From: Vicinamibacteria bacterium
Lineage (GTDB): Bacteria; Acidobacteriota; Vicinamibacteria; Marinacidobacterales; Marinacidobacteraceae
Direction: 5' to 3'
DNA: 64,000 nt
NCBI GenBank assembly: GCA_963555995.3
Contig: OY821641.1
Coordinates: 2,880,001 to 2,944,000, forward strand
Under the pieces are notes generated by a model that saw nothing but the letters and a program-made list of their open reading frames with translations, did no database searches and had not been told where the DNA came from. The translations under genes were made by a program, and so were the position numbers. This document shows positions 10,298 through 19,641 of the stretch, piece by piece (positions within the stretch are counted from its first letter, which is position 1; each line of letters opens with the position of its first letter).

Positions 10298-10667
10298 TTA
10301 ACAGCCTGTGGTGAAACCCACGTGAACGCCGAGACGGGCGAGGCGCCCGGCTGACAAGGCGCGTAACGGCCTGTGGTGGAACTGACGTGAGCATCGAGAA
10401 CGGCGAGGCGCCCGGCTGACAAGGCGCGTGAGGGAGGAATACCGGGTGTATTCCGACCGAAACGCAACGATGAGCGCCTCGCAGAGGCGCGGTTCCGGCG
10501 GGATGCATCGCTGTTCGAATGCCACGTGAGTTTCACTACAGGCTGTTGCAGGAGGAATACCGGGTGTATTCCGACCGAAACGCAACGCAGAGCGCCTCGC
10601 AGAGGCGCGGTTCCGGCGGGATGCATCGCGCGTCGAACGCCGCGTGGGTTTTGCCACAGGCGGTTAA
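10298..10667. repeat. Repeat family A, one copy (10364-10549) nested inside another, TTAA flanks
   Basis: The outer copy is split between ...AAGGCGCG and AGGAGGAATAC... by a full inner copy. Confidence 0.85.
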
Positions 10668-11248
10668 TCCTCCGAGTCGTCCGTTTCCCCGGAGGAGGCG
10701 GCGGCGACGGCCTCATCATCGTCGGACTCGGCATTGTCGGCCCGCTTCGCCGACACCTCCGTCGGGATGTCCGGTACCGGCTCCACTCCAAGCGACCCGG
10801 CGGCGACCGGGGACACCTCGATCGGGAGATCCACCTCGATCTCGCTGTGGAGCCGGACCACGGCCGACGCCTGGCCCGCCACCTTGATCGGGCCGCCGAG
10901 GATGATGCGGTTGCGGGCGATCTCGAACCCGCCCGCAGCGAGCTCCCGCGCAATGTCCTGGACCGACACCGAGCCGTAGAGCTCGTTGGAATCGGTCTTG
11001 ACCCGGCGCTCGAAACGGAGGGTCCGGCCCTCGAGGGAACGGGCGAGCGCCTCGGCGGCTTCCCGTTCCTTGATCCGCTCCACGGCCCAGACTTTTCTCG
11101 CCTCGGCGACTTCCCTCCGGTTCTCGTCCGTGATCGGAACCGCAATCCGGCGGGGAAGCAGGTAGTTCCTCGCGTACCCCGGACGGACGTTGACTTCGTC
11201 GCCCGGTTCCCCCAGGGCGTCCACGGGCTGTTTCAGCAGCAGGCGCAT
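10664..11248 (-). CDS. rplI: 50S ribosomal protein L9
   Basis: LGEPGDEVNVRPGYARNYLLP and LYGSVS motifs; acidic tail. Confidence 0.97.
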   Translation of the reverse strand: MRLLLKQPVDALGEPGDEVNVRPGYARNYLLPRRIAVPITDENRREVAEARKVWAVERIKEREAAEALARSLEGRTLRFERRVKTDSNELYGSVSVQDIARELAAGGFEIARNRIILGGPIKVAGQASAVVRLHSEIEVDLPIEVSPVAAGSLGVEPVPDIPTEVSAKRADNAESDDDEAVAAASSGETDDSED

Positions 11249-11268
11249 GGCTCTTTCCCCGCCGGCCC

Positions 11269-11514
11269 CTATTCGTAGGGCAGGAGCGCCATCTGCCGGG
11301 CGCGCTTGATGGCGATCCGGATCTGGCGCTGGGCCCGGGCGCCGGCGCGCGACACGCGCCGCGGGGCGATCTTGGCGCGATCACCGAGGAACTCGCGCAG
11401 AAAGTCCACGTCCTTCCAGTCCACCCGGTCCACGCCGTTCAGCAGTGGATTGACGCGCACCCGCCGGACGTTCTGCCGGCGGCGGCGGCGCGGGGTCGCG
11501 GGCCTGTCGCTCAT
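11269..11514 (-). CDS. rpsR: 30S ribosomal protein S18 (Cys-free form)
   Basis: [22 protein letters not shown]...[13 protein letters not shown]. Confidence 0.96.
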   Translation of the reverse strand: MSDRPATPRRRRRQNVRRVRVNPLLNGVDRVDWKDVDFLREFLGDRAKIAPRRVSRAGARAQRQIRIAIKRARQMALLPYE

Positions 11515-12233
11515 GATGTCTCCTCCTCATTCCGGGGGGATCCGTCCGGTGGCGCTGCCTCTCCGGCGCCGTCGGGCTCCCCGGCGGCGGCTTCCTTCGT
11601 GGCGCCAGCGTCCTCAGCCGCTGGTTCGGCCGGCTTGGCGGCAGCCTCACCAGACTTCCCGGCCGTCTCTGCGGACGGCTCGGCGGCAGCCCCGCCGGAC
11701 TCTCCGGACGGCCTGGCGGCAGCCTCGCCAGATTTTCCGGACGCTTCTCCAGCCGGCTTGGCGGCGGTCTCGGCAGCCTCCCCGGCCGCTTCTTCCGCCG
11801 CCTTGGCGGCGGCCTCGGCAGCCGCGGCGGCCGCGCGGGCGGCTCGCTCCTCCCGCCGGCGGAGGTCGGCGGCCTGGTCGCGTTCGCGGGTTTCCTTGTC
11901 GGTCCGCAGCACGATGAAGCGCAGCACGCCCTCGGCGAGGCGGACGCGGTTCTCGATGCCCCGGATGGAAGCCGGGGGCGCATCGAAGTAACAGAGGATG
12001 TAGAGGCCTTCATGGTGCCCGGCGATGGGGTACGCCAGCCGCCGCCGCTCCCAGGGTTTCAGGCTGACGACCTCGCCTCCCTGCCCCTTCACGATGCCCT
12101 CCACGCGCTCGACCACCGCAAGGGAAGCCGCGTCGTCGAGGGTCGGATCCAGAATGAACATGAACTCGTAGCCGTTCATGAGGGAATCCGGTGGGGGCGG
12201 AGCCGCCGTTTGGGGACTCGACTGTTCGTTCAT
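11511..12233 (-). CDS. rpsF: 30S ribosomal protein S6 with a long Ala/Glu-rich tail (start could be 12179)
   Basis: [26 protein letters not shown]; precedes rpsR. Confidence 0.93.
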   Translation of the reverse strand: MNEQSSPQTAAPPPPDSLMNGYEFMFILDPTLDDAASLAVVERVEGIVKGQGGEVVSLKPWERRRLAYPIAGHHEGLYILCYFDAPPASIRGIENRVRLAEGVLRFIVLRTDKETRERDQAADLRRREERAARAAAAAAEAAAKAAEEAAGEAAETAAKPAGEASGKSGEAAARPSGESGGAAAEPSAETAGKSGEAAAKPAEPAAEDAGATKEAAAGEPDGAGEAAPPDGSPRNEEETS

Positions 12234-12306
12234 TCGAGAGTGTCTCCAGCGTCACCGGTGACGCACCCCGCAGGGAACCGTGCGGGAATCTGCGGAAGGT
12301 TCCGCA

Positions 12307-12873
12307 TCATGCAGCCGCCCGGTTGAACCGGTTCATGGCAGTTTCGATCCCCTGCCCGACCGCGGTTTCGATGGCCCGCACCGCACGCTCCAGCAGATCC
12401 TCCACGGAAGCGGCCTCCTGGGGGGCGAAGTGAGAAAGCACGAAGTCAGCCGGATCTTCCCCCGCCGGGGGATTCCCGATCCCGAGGCGCATCCTGGGGA
12501 TCTCGTCCGTTCCGAGCGCGGACAGGATGGACGCGAGGCCGTTGTGACCCCCGTCGCTGCCGCGGCGGCGGGTCCTGATCGTTCCGAGCGGCAGTGCGTA
12601 GTCGTCGCACACGATGAGGGTCTCCTCCGGCGAACGGCGCTCGCTCTCCAGCAGCCGCCGCACCGGACCGCCGCTCCGATTCATGTAACCCATGGGACGC
12701 AGCAGGCCGATGTCGCGGCCGGCGATCTCGGCCTCGACGAGGAGGCCCCCGTCGAAGTGCCGGGTCCGAACCGACCCGTCCCCGAGGAGCGCGGCAACGG
12801 CGTCGAACCCGATGTTGTGCCGGGTCCCCTCATACCGGACCCCCGGATTGCCGAGCCCCACCACGAGCTGCAC
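12307..12873 (-). CDS. pth: Peptidyl-tRNA hydrolase
   Basis: VVGLGNPG, TRHNIGF, YMNRSG, GSDGGHNGL; GTG start with GAGG RBS. Confidence 0.96.
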   Translation of the reverse strand: MQLVVGLGNPGVRYEGTRHNIGFDAVAALLGDGSVRTRHFDGGLLVEAEIAGRDIGLLRPMGYMNRSGGPVRRLLESERRSPEETLIVCDDYALPLGTIRTRRRGSDGGHNGLASILSALGTDEIPRMRLGIGNPPAGEDPADFVLSHFAPQEAASVEDLLERAVRAIETAVGQGIETAMNRFNRAAA

Positions 12874-13041
12874 GGGAACCTCGACGCGAGCCGGAGTCTC
12901 GTGCGGCGACCCGCCGGCGGCGCCGCCGGGTACGCCCGCAGGGGGATCGCTCACCACGGTCGCCGGCCACGGCGCGGCGTGGGAACCGGGGCCGGGGGGA
13001 AGAGGACTGGGCAACACGCTGGATCAGAAGGGTTCCGCCGG

Positions 13042-13665
13042 TCACTCTTCCGGTTCGTCGGCTGCTTCTTCTTCACTTTCGTCTTCCTGCTCGGCCTCTT
13101 CCGTTCCCTTCGGGGGAGAGACATGCACGATGACCACGTCCCGCTCCGTCGCGAGGGTCAGCCCCTCCGGCAGTTCGATGTCCGCCGCCCGGACGGTGTC
13201 CCCGTAGTCGAGCTCGCCGACGGCGAGCGGCAGGAACTCCGGAATGTCGTGCGGCAGGCAACTGACGGTGAGAGAGCGGCTGATGAAGTCCAGGTGGCCG
13301 CCGCGCTTGACACCCACGGACTCGCCCTCGAGGTGAACGGGAACGTGCCAGTCCGAAGCCCGGTCCGGGTCCACCCGCATGAGGTCCGCGTGCAGGACGG
13401 AATGATCGAGCGGATGCAGTTGGTAGTCGTGGATCATCACCTGCTCCACGCTCTCCTCGCCGTCAATCTCGAGCGAGAAGATGGTGTTCACCCCCCGCGG
13501 CGACCGAACGATGTCGGTGACGTGGCGCGGTGAGACGGTGAGCGAACGGGAGCCGGCGGAGCCGCCGTAAACGACCGCCGGAATCATCCCGGCCGCCCGC
13601 AGACGGCGGTTCGGCCCCTTGCCGACGGCAGTGCGGGAACTCGCGGGGATCGAGAGCTGAGCCAT
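13042..13665 (-). CDS. rplY: 50S ribosomal protein L25/Ctc (long form)
   Basis: GKGPNRRLRAAGMIPAVVYG, HADL, GVKRGG; between prs and pth. Confidence 0.94.
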   Translation of the reverse strand: MAQLSIPASSRTAVGKGPNRRLRAAGMIPAVVYGGSAGSRSLTVSPRHVTDIVRSPRGVNTIFSLEIDGEESVEQVMIHDYQLHPLDHSVLHADLMRVDPDRASDWHVPVHLEGESVGVKRGGHLDFISRSLTVSCLPHDIPEFLPLAVGELDYGDTVRAADIELPEGLTLATERDVVIVHVSPPKGTEEAEQEDESEEEAADEPEE

Positions 13666-13850
13666 GGAGTGTGCGTGGGGTTGTTCGGGTGGGACAGGGT
13701 GGCGCGGAGGCCCGGGAACGGGAAGACGTGACGCGCGCGGCGTCGTCCTCGAAGGTCCCTCTCGGCGGGCTCCGAGGGAGTGCGACCCAGGAAGTCCGGC
13801 GGATGTCGCCCGAGCGCCATCCACTCCTCAGCGGCAATGCAGGGCGCGAG

Positions 13851-13859
13851 AGTCTAGCA
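13851..13859 (-). promoter_or_regulatory. Putative extended -10 promoter (TG-C-TAGACT) for rplY
   Basis: TGCTAGACT on the minus strand about 185 bp upstream of the rplY ATG. Confidence 0.45.
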
Positions 13860-13984
13860 GCCCGACCACCGCTCCCGCGCCTGCGAATTCCCGGCGGCGC
13901 ACCGGTTGCTGGGCAAAGGCGCGCTCCCGGCCGCCCGGATGGCGCGCCGGCCGGGACCGCCGGCCGGTTCTCGCGGTAGCGGCC

Positions 13985-14354
13985 TTAACAGCCTGTGGCA
14001 AAACCCGCGCGGCGTTCGAGCGGCGATGCATCCCGCCTGAACCGCGCCTCTACGAGGCGCTCTGCGTTGCGTTTCGGTCGGAATACGCCCGGTATTCCTC
14101 CCTCACGCGCCTTGTCAGCCGGGCGCCTCACCGCTCTCGGCGCTCACGTGGGTTTCACCACAGGCTGTTAACAACCTGTGGCAAAACCCGCGCGGCGTTC
14201 GAGCGGCGATGCATCCCGCCTGAACCGCGCCTCTACGAGGCGCTCTGCGTTGCGTTTCGGTCGGAATACGCCCGGTATTCCTCCCTCATGCGCCTTGTCA
14301 GCCGGGCGCCTCGCCGCTCTCGGCGCTCACGTGGGTTTCACCACAGGCTGTTAA
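13985..14354. repeat. Two tandem family A copies (183-bp period, opposite orientation to the 10 kb copies) sharing TTAA junctions
   Basis: TTAA at 13985, 14168 and 14351; near-identical units. Confidence 0.9.
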
Positions 14355-14381
14355 CAGCCTGCGGCGCGGAGGGCAGCGCGG

Positions 14382-15380
14382 TCAGACGAAGAGGGAGCTG
14401 ACCGAGTCCTCCCCGTGGACGCTCTCGATGGCCCGCGCGAAGAGCGAAGCCACGGAAAGGACCTCGATCTTGCTGCCCGGCGCCCGCGCTTCGGGTGCGA
14501 GGGGAATCGTGTCTCCCACGATCAGGCGCTCGAGCCGGGCGTTCCGGATCCGTTCGACCGCGGGTCCGGAAAGCACCGCGTGGGTACAGACGGCCAGCAC
14601 CCGCGTCGCCCCGTCCCGGTGGAGCGCTTCCGCGGCGCGGACCAGGGTCCCGGCGGAATCCACGATGTCGTCCACGATCACCGCCGGACGCCCCTGCACG
14701 TCGCCCACGACGTGCATGGTCTCGACCTCGTTGTCGCTGCCGCGCCGCTTATCCATGACCGCGATGCCGACTCCGAGTTTCTTGCCGTAGGCGCGGGCGC
14801 GTTCCACGCCCCCGGCGTCCGGCGAAACGACCACCGGCCGCTCCAGCTCGAGGGTGGGCAGGTAGTCCAGCATCACCGGAGTCACGTACAGGTGATCCAC
14901 CGGAATGTCGAAGAATCCCTGGATCTGGCCCACGTGGAGATCCATGCAGATGACCCGGTGCACTCCGGCGACGGTCAGCAGATCGGCCACCAGCTTCGCG
15001 GAGATCGGGACTCGGGGACGGTCCTTCCGATCCTGCCGCGCGTACCCGTAGTAGGGGATCACCGCGTTGATGCGCGCCGCCGACGCCCGCTTCAGCGCGT
15101 CCACCATGAAGAGCAGTTCCATCAGGTTCTCGTTGACGGGCGGCGAGGTGGACTGGATCACGAAGGCGTCCGCGCCGCGGACGTTGTCCTTGATCTGGAA
15201 GCGGACCTCGCCGTCGCGAAAACGGCCCAGCGACGCCTCGCAGAGGGGAACGCCGAGGTGCCGCGCGATCGCGGCCGCCAGGTCCGGGTTGGAAGAGCCC
15301 CCGATGACCTTCAGTTCGCCCGCAAAGCCGTGGGTCGGGCTCCGGCACTGGCGATCGCCGGCAGATTCGGTCATGTCCAT
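14382..15380 (-). CDS. prs: Ribose-phosphate pyrophosphokinase
   Basis: IPYYGYARQDRK, DLHVGQIQGFFD, VSPDAGG, IVDDIVDSAGT. Confidence 0.97.
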   Translation of the reverse strand: MDMTESAGDRQCRSPTHGFAGELKVIGGSSNPDLAAAIARHLGVPLCEASLGRFRDGEVRFQIKDNVRGADAFVIQSTSPPVNENLMELLFMVDALKRASAARINAVIPYYGYARQDRKDRPRVPISAKLVADLLTVAGVHRVICMDLHVGQIQGFFDIPVDHLYVTPVMLDYLPTLELERPVVVSPDAGGVERARAYGKKLGVGIAVMDKRRGSDNEVETMHVVGDVQGRPAVIVDDIVDSAGTLVRAAEALHRDGATRVLAVCTHAVLSGPAVERIRNARLERLIVGDTIPLAPEARAPGSKIEVLSVASLFARAIESVHGEDSVSSLFV

Positions 15381-15459
15381 CAAGCAGGGAACGCCGGGCG
15401 AACGTCCAGCGGGGAACGCGCGCGTCGGGAAATCACGAACCGATCACCGGTGCTGCGGG

Positions 15460-15531
15460 CTGGGGCGGAAGGATTCGAACCCTCGTAAACCGGAACCAAA
15501 ACCCGGCGCCTATCCCCTCGGCCACGCCCCA
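15460..15531 (-). tRNA. tRNA-Gln(TTG)
   Basis: TGGGGCG...TTTTGGT...GGTTCGAATCC...CGCCCCAG; typical ispE-tRNA-Gln-prs position. Confidence 0.9.
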
Positions 15532-16493
15532 TCCGGCCCGTTCCCCCGGAGGGCCGCCCGGTGTTCGCTGCGGGTGATCGTGCGGGTCGCGATCGCCCGA
15601 AGGTTAGCCCCGGAGAGGCGGGCGGCCGCGTGCGCCGCCTGTTCCCGGCCGGGGAAGACGCCGAACACCGCCGAACCGCTTCCCGACATGGCGGTCTCCA
15701 GGGCTCCGGCCCCCTGCAGGGCGTTCCGCATCCGCGAAATGGCGTCGGGAGGCCGGGTCGTTTGCAGCACGGTGGACCGTTCGAGGTCGTTCGGAAAGCA
15801 TCCTGCGAGGAGCTCGCCACGGAGTTGGGGCCCCGAGGGACCCGACCCGAGAAACCGTACCAGACTATCGGCCCGTTCGGACCCACCCGCTCGGTGGGGC
15901 GGAGTCGGTGGCTCCGGCAGACCGCGGTAGGCGTCCGGGGTGGAGATGCCGAACTCCGGAATCAGCAGGACGAGCGGGAGTTCCGCGCCGCCGGCCAGCG
16001 GGAAGACGTGCTCGCCGCGGCCGGCGGCGAGCGCCAGCCCCCCGTAGAGGAAGTAGGGCGCGTCCATCCCGACCTCGGCCAACACCCGGTGCAGCACGCG
16101 GCGGCGCAGGCCGAGTCCGAACAGGCGGTTCAGACCGACGAGCGCCGCCGCGGCGTCCGAGCTTCCCCCGCCGAGGCCGCGGCCGGCCGGGATCGTCTTC
16201 CGCAGCCGGATGCGCGCGCCGGGGAGACGCCGGCCGAGCAGTTTCTCGAGCCGCAGCGCGGCGCGAAGGACCAGGTTCGTCCGGTCGGTGGGGATGGAGG
16301 GGCTGTCGCACTCCAGTCGGAGCCCGTCTCCGCCGGGTTCGAAGGTGAGGGTGTCCCAGAGGTCCACGCCGGCCAGCAGGGTGCGGACGGCGTGGTAGCC
16401 GTCGGGCCGTCGGGCGAGGACGCGCAGTCCCAGGTTGATCTTGGCCGGAGTCCTGAGGTCCAGGCGGCGGGCAGTGCGATCCGGACCGGCCAC
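15510..16493 (-). CDS. ispE: 4-diphosphocytidyl-2-C-methyl-D-erythritol kinase
   Basis: PAKINLGL, GYH, IPAGRGLGGGSSDAAA, NDLE, MSGSGSAVF. Confidence 0.95.
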   Translation of the reverse strand: MAGPDRTARRLDLRTPAKINLGLRVLARRPDGYHAVRTLLAGVDLWDTLTFEPGGDGLRLECDSPSIPTDRTNLVLRAALRLEKLLGRRLPGARIRLRKTIPAGRGLGGGSSDAAAALVGLNRLFGLGLRRRVLHRVLAEVGMDAPYFLYGGLALAAGRGEHVFPLAGGAELPLVLLIPEFGISTPDAYRGLPEPPTPPHRAGGSERADSLVRFLGSGPSGPQLRGELLAGCFPNDLERSTVLQTTRPPDAISRMRNALQGAGALETAMSGSGSAVFGVFPGREQAAHAAARLSGANLRAIATRTITRSEHRAALRGNGPDGAWPRG

Positions 16494-16507
16494 GGCGAAC
16501 CCTCCGC

Positions 16508-17308
16508 TCAGCGCTCCGGCAGCCTCGAGGCCCGGCTCAGTTCGCGGACCTCCGCCCGCCGGTAGCCGGGGGGCGTCCGCACCTGGAAAGAATCGGGGTG
16601 CAGAGCGGCGTTGACCTCCAGCTCCTCGACCGTCAGGGTGGCGCGCAGGGCTTCGGATACGACCTCCACGAGGCGGGGCACCTGGCGTCGCTGCCGCCGG
16701 TAGCGGCCGGGGTAGCGTGCCTCGTAGCCCGGGGCCACGACGCGGCGCACCTGGCCGCCGTCCGCCGGGTCGTCCCACCAGATCTCGGCCCCGTTCCCGA
16801 GGACAGCGGACCCGTTCGCCGGGAGCGACCGGAGATTCTCCGGCCCTCCTACCGGAGTACCGCTCCCGACCAGGAGAGCGGCGATCGCCTCGCGCCCCAC
16901 GGAGACGCCCAGCAGCGGTCCCGTGAACTCCTCCATTTCCTCTCCTTCCGCGAACGCGCTCTCTCCGGGCACCACGAGGCGCGCCTCGCCCGGGCTGGCC
17001 ACGAGCGTCCAGCGGGAGCCGCCGACCGGAGCGAAGAGCTCCAGGCGCATCGCCTCGACGCCTTCGGGGTCCGCGCCCCCGGACGGACGGGCGAACACCA
17101 CCAGCAGGCGTCCCGAGAAGCGGCCGCGCTCCCCTTCGCCGCGAAGGTGAACGACGGCCTGATACCGCCGCACCCCCGCGGCCAGCCGGGCCGTCTCGTC
17201 CAGCAGCCGAACCGCCGCGCTCTCGTCGAGGGGCGCCGCCGGGACCCGGACCGTCCGGGCGGCGCAACCCAGGGAAGCGGCGAGGCCGCAGAAGATCGCC
17301 AGTCGCAG
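16508..17308 (-). CDS. Putative outer-membrane lipoprotein in the lolB syntenic position; start uncertain (CTG at 17308?)
   Basis: The frame stays open upstream of the GTG at 17173 and encodes LRLAIFCGLAASLG-C (lipobox-like); beta-rich body. Confidence 0.55.
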   Translation of the reverse strand: MRLAIFCGLAASLGCAARTVRVPAAPLDESAAVRLLDETARLAAGVRRYQAVVHLRGEGERGRFSGRLLVVFARPSGGADPEGVEAMRLELFAPVGGSRWTLVASPGEARLVVPGESAFAEGEEMEEFTGPLLGVSVGREAIAALLVGSGTPVGGPENLRSLPANGSAVLGNGAEIWWDDPADGGQVRRVVAPGYEARYPGRYRRQRRQVPRLVEVVSEALRATLTVEELEVNAALHPDSFQVRTPPGYRRAEVRELSRASRLPER

Positions 17309-17375
17309 CGCCCCGGCGCAGGGACGGAGGTGGCCGATTCGCGGACGCTCCGGGGCAGCCGGAACCGCCGCCGTC

Positions 17376-19403
17376 CTAGTCCGGATCGTTACCGGCTTCC
17401 TCGATTTTTCGGGCGATCACCTCGCGTTCGAGTTCCTGGTCGCCGTCGTGCTGGAGGGCCATCCGCCAGAAGCGGACCGCTTCCTCGGCGTTTCCCTTCG
17501 CCCGGTAGAGGTCTCCGAGGTGGTCGAGGACCACGCTGTTCTCCGGCATGCACTGCCGGGCCCGCAGCAGGTTGGGTTCCGCCAGGTTCAGGTCGCCCTG
17601 CCGGAACTGCACCCAGCCGAGACTGTCGAGGTAGGAACCGTTGTACGGGTCCTCCGCGAGCGCCCGCTGGATCAGGTCCTCGGATTCCTCCAGCCGGTCG
17701 TTCCGGTCGGCGAGCATGTATCCGAGATAGTTGAGCGCGAGGTCGTGGCCGGGCTCCGCCGCGATCACCCGGCGGAACTCCGCCTCCGCCTCCTCGAGCC
17801 TTCCCTGCCGCTCCAGCAGGGCGCCGAGCTGAAACCGGAAGTCCGGGTCATCCGCCCGCTCCGCGAGCCAGTCGCGGGTGATCCGCTCCGCGACCGGCAG
17901 GTCGCCCCGTTCGACGTGATGGCGGACCAGCGCGTGCACCGCTCCCCCCGTCTCGGGATACTCGGCCACCAGGGCCCTGAGGATGCCAAGCGCGGCGTCG
18001 CTCCGGCCGCCCGCGTTCAGCACCCGGGCCTGGAGCGCGAGCAGGCCCGGTTCCCCCGGCCGATCCGCGATCAGCGCTTCGACCAGCACGGCTGCTTCGT
18101 CGGGCTGGCCGGCCGCCACCCGATTCTGCACGAGGGCCACCCGATACCGGAAAGCCTCGACACTGTCCCCGGAGAGCCGGAAGGCTTCGTCGAGCGCGTC
18201 GTACGCCTCCTCGTACTCTCCGAGGTGCTCCAGCGCCTGCGCGAGTCGGGCGAGGGTTTCACGGCGGTGGCGGGAGCCGTAGGAGTCCCGGGGGAGCGCC
18301 ACCACCGCCTGGAACTCCTCGGCCGCCCTGGCGTACTCGCAGCGGGTGGCGAAGACGCCGCCGAGCGCCATTCGCGCCGGGACGCTCCGGCTGTTCTCCT
18401 CCAGCAGCCGCAGCAGGGCCGCTTCCGCATCTTCGAGCCGACGCTGCTGCCTCCGCACCATCGCCAGACCCATCAGGGCGATTTCGCTGCGGGGCTCCGC
18501 CGCCAGGATCCGTTCGAAGGCCTCGGCGGCGGCCTCCAGCCGACCCAGGCGGGCCAGGCCGTCCGCGAGGGACAGGCGGAGCGCCTGATCGTCGGGATGG
18601 TCGCTGGACCCCTTCTCGTAGACGGCGACGACCTCGGCGAGGGCTTCGTCGGGCGCCCGGCCCGGGATCCCGCGGTCGCGCAGGAGATCGTCCACCATCT
18701 CCCGCGCCTCCGGCTGGCGCGGCTCGATGCGCAGCGACTCAAGCAGGTAGTCGAACGCCTGCTCCCGGTCTCCGGCGGACAGGCGGAGTTGCGCGAGCAG
18801 CAGCAACTCGCTGTAAGCGTCCGGCGCGCGGCGCAAGATCTCGCGAAGATGCGTCGCCGCTTCCTCGCCGCGTTGCAGGGCGGCGAGCAGCCGAGCCAAT
18901 TGGGAGCGGCTCCCGAGGTCCTCGGGGTCGAGGCGGACCGCCGCGCTCAGCGAAGCGACCGCGCGCTCCGCGGCCTCGGGATCGTCCCCGGACCGGAGGC
19001 GGCGGAAGTGCACCGCGCCGAGCGCCCGGTGGGCGGCGGCGGCGTCCGGGTTCCGCTCCACCGCTTCCGCGGCGGCCGCTTCCGCGGCCTCCAGGTCGCG
19101 GGCGGAGAGGCTGAGGTTGGCGATTTCAATGAGCGGATCCACCGCCTGGACATCGAGTTCGGCCGCCCGCCGGTAGGCGGCGATCGCCTCGTCACGCTCC
19201 CCGGACATCTGCGCGATCCGGCCCTCGCCGAACACCCGGTAGGCCTCGGCGACCGGATCCACCGCGACCGGATCGTCGGCGGCGTCCTCGGCTTCGGCCT
19301 GCCCCGGGGCTTCCTCGGCGGAAACGGGTTCCTGGGCGCCGGCGGTTCTCACGGGGAACGTCACGAGAAGCGCCAGCAGCGCCCACAGGGCCATCCGGTA
19401 CAT
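17376..19403 (-). CDS. Exported tetratricopeptide repeat protein
   Basis: Signal peptide, many TPRs, and C-terminal ALNYLGYMLAD...YLDSLGWV...DHLGD typical of the TPR gene upstream of lolB/ispE. Confidence 0.9.
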   Translation of the reverse strand: MYRMALWALLALLVTFPVRTAGAQEPVSAEEAPGQAEAEDAADDPVAVDPVAEAYRVFGEGRIAQMSGERDEAIAAYRRAAELDVQAVDPLIEIANLSLSARDLEAAEAAAAEAVERNPDAAAAHRALGAVHFRRLRSGDDPEAAERAVASLSAAVRLDPEDLGSRSQLARLLAALQRGEEAATHLREILRRAPDAYSELLLLAQLRLSAGDREQAFDYLLESLRIEPRQPEAREMVDDLLRDRGIPGRAPDEALAEVVAVYEKGSSDHPDDQALRLSLADGLARLGRLEAAAEAFERILAAEPRSEIALMGLAMVRRQQRRLEDAEAALLRLLEENSRSVPARMALGGVFATRCEYARAAEEFQAVVALPRDSYGSRHRRETLARLAQALEHLGEYEEAYDALDEAFRLSGDSVEAFRYRVALVQNRVAAGQPDEAAVLVEALIADRPGEPGLLALQARVLNAGGRSDAALGILRALVAEYPETGGAVHALVRHHVERGDLPVAERITRDWLAERADDPDFRFQLGALLERQGRLEEAEAEFRRVIAAEPGHDLALNYLGYMLADRNDRLEESEDLIQRALAEDPYNGSYLDSLGWVQFRQGDLNLAEPNLLRARQCMPENSVVLDHLGDLYRAKGNAEEAVRFWRMALQHDGDQELEREVIARKIEEAGNDPD

Positions 19404-19438
19404 GGACCGGGAATTTATCGCTGCCGGAAGGCGCACAC

Positions 19439-19604
19439 GGCTTGGAACGCCGGCTTCAGCCGGCACCCGCTGCGCAAAGCGCAGCGGACTGCACGACGCT
19501 ACGCCGCGCGATGGCGTTCGGCTCTCGGTCCATCACCGCGAATAGCGGCGGGACATCCGCGGGCCTTCGGCCCGCTGTGCCGGCTGAAGCCGGCGTTCCA
19601 GGCC
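19439..19604. repeat. REP-like family B inverted doublet (REPIN-like)
   Basis: GGCTTGGAACGCCGGCTTCAGCCGGCAC ... GTGCCGGCTGAAGCCGGCGTTCCAGGCC. Confidence 0.85.
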
Positions 19605-19641
19605 GGCGGCGTCATGCGGGCTCGGAGCGTACCGTGGGTCC

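Noticed and set aside
10087-10657. Small ORFs with recurring peptides such as FRSEYTRYSS and RFGRNTPGIPP (also at 4.0 and 14.0 kb)
   Set aside because: They are translations of repeat family A in several frames, not genes.
13740-13850. tRNA-Sec (selC) candidate
   Set aside because: There is no TCA anticodon arm or TTCG T-loop. It is kept only as a possible rplY leader.
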